From contig JAYWIR010000009.1 in assembly GCA_036172245.1 (NCBI GenBank), forward strand, positions 2,666,001 through 2,730,000: DNA of 64,000 bases, read 5' to 3'. Made by a program: the position numbers and the translations under genes. Shown here piece after piece: positions 62,850 to 64,000 of this stretch. Each line of letters starts with the position of its first letter. Position 1 is the stretch's first letter. The stretch is from Raillietiella orientalis (taxonomy: Eukaryota). The notes below the pieces were generated by a model. That model made no database searches and had not been told where the DNA came from. It saw nothing but the letters and a program-made list of their open reading frames with translations.

Positions 62850-63700
62850 AGAGGCAAAATGTGCTTCATGAGTAGTCGGTGCACAGGCCGAGATCTCATA
62901 ATAGGTCGGGGTGTTTCCTCGATGCTGCCACATGGAAATCCAATGCGAATCTTCTGGATTCCCTTTCTCTCTTTCCCTTTCAGCTCCCTTTGCTTAGCCA
63001 GATCTGTTTTCCTCTTTGCAAAAGATTCCCGGTTCCATCTCCTATGGGTGGGAAATTTTCGCCAACTGCTTCAGGACACATGCAGCTACTTGACCATCCT
63101 TCCACCTTTGAAGACTCAGACTCACTTCTGTGTTGCTTACATGAGAAATTCCCTTTGCTTGCGTTCGGAAGCCGGAAGAAAAGATGAGGAAGGAAGTGGA
63201 TGCAAAAGGGCGCTTGAGCTCCATGAGGATATGCAATGAAGCATTTCTCTGGGCAGCACTATGGGATTTCGTGCCAGCTGAACAAAAGAATTCCGTTGCG
63301 CAGAAAACGGGAAGCGGAAAGGAAAACTACTTGTATTTCAAACATCCGATGGAATGGCGTCCGATGGCGTTCTTATTTGGGTCCTTAATTTGAATATCCA
63401 CCCAAATCAAAGGACCCAAATAAGAACGCCGCGCATGGAACTCATGCCGGAAGCAGAACAGTTCCCGTGTTTGCGTTAATGATTCCCGTCGTATTAGTGG
63501 CAAGCGAAGATTTTCGAGGAAGCGTAGGGGGGACACCTGGGTACATGCGGCAAGCGCTTCATGGGGAGGCAGTCGATTCCTCGTATCCCTTCCACACGAC
63601 AGCAAGGATCTTGTCTTCAGCATGGCCCTGCACCAAATCCAAGCGCTGTGTTCCCAATCCGTGATGCTGGAACAGGATCGCATGCTCCGATGACGTGTGG
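62850..63700 (+). pseudogene. rep: CRESS Rep (circovirus-like), decayed
   Basis: KMCFMS (WCFT), HLLWVGNFRQLLQDTCS (HxExxxGxxxQNxxYCS), KTGSGKENYLYFKHPMEW (Walker A GxGK plus YxKxxxxW) and AVDSSYPF (DRYP). Confidence 0.65.
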
Positions 63701-64000
63701 GCGTTCTGAGCTTTCTCCCAAGTAATTTGAACATCCATCAGTCTCCTCCCCGAGTCTACCTCACCTACTCAGCTGCACACGACCGGTTCCTCCCTCTTTC
63801 CTGGAATGCCACTGCAGGTCTGCTCCTGAGGACGCCTGCGAAATGTCAAGTCTCGAGGAATAATTCGAAATCCAACACCATGTGGCATTCGTCAGCAGAG
63901 CTCCGAGAATTGCGTCCAACACGTTTCTGCTTCGGCGACCTCCAGAAAATTACAAGGGAAGGAATTTCAGTGGAAGGAAGGTGAGAATTTCCGAGGGAAA

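Noticed and set aside
1..64000. CRISPR array or prokaryotic operon
   Set aside because: No regularly spaced identical repeats and no dense intact ORFs; LINEs, SINEs and microsatellites indicate eukaryotic DNA.

Overview
This looks like eukaryotic repeat-rich DNA with no intact host gene, rRNA, complete tRNA or CRISPR array that I can support. It has three layers. (1) Between the transposons, much of the sequence reads as about 30 separate, heavily decayed Rep genes of circular Rep-encoding ssDNA (CRESS) viruses. They are about 0.4-1.2 kb each, lie on both strands, and are packed in tandem, divergent and convergent arrangements. Their motif styles suggest at least three Rep lineages: circovirus-like, nanovirus/alphasatellite-like and geminivirus/genomovirus-like. 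I found no convincing capsid gene. (2) About 15 truncated L1/Tx1-type LINE copies share a zf-RVT-like C-terminus and a CCCGG-NGTGA-CCGGG 3' hairpin. (3) There are about 7 copies of a roughly 1 kb tRNA-headed SINE. Two of these SINE copies were hit by LINEs at the same site, each with a target-site duplication. All protein calls come from by-eye motif matching across frameshifts and stops, with no database search, so boundaries are approximate (about 50-100 bp) and the weaker individual Rep calls may be wrong.
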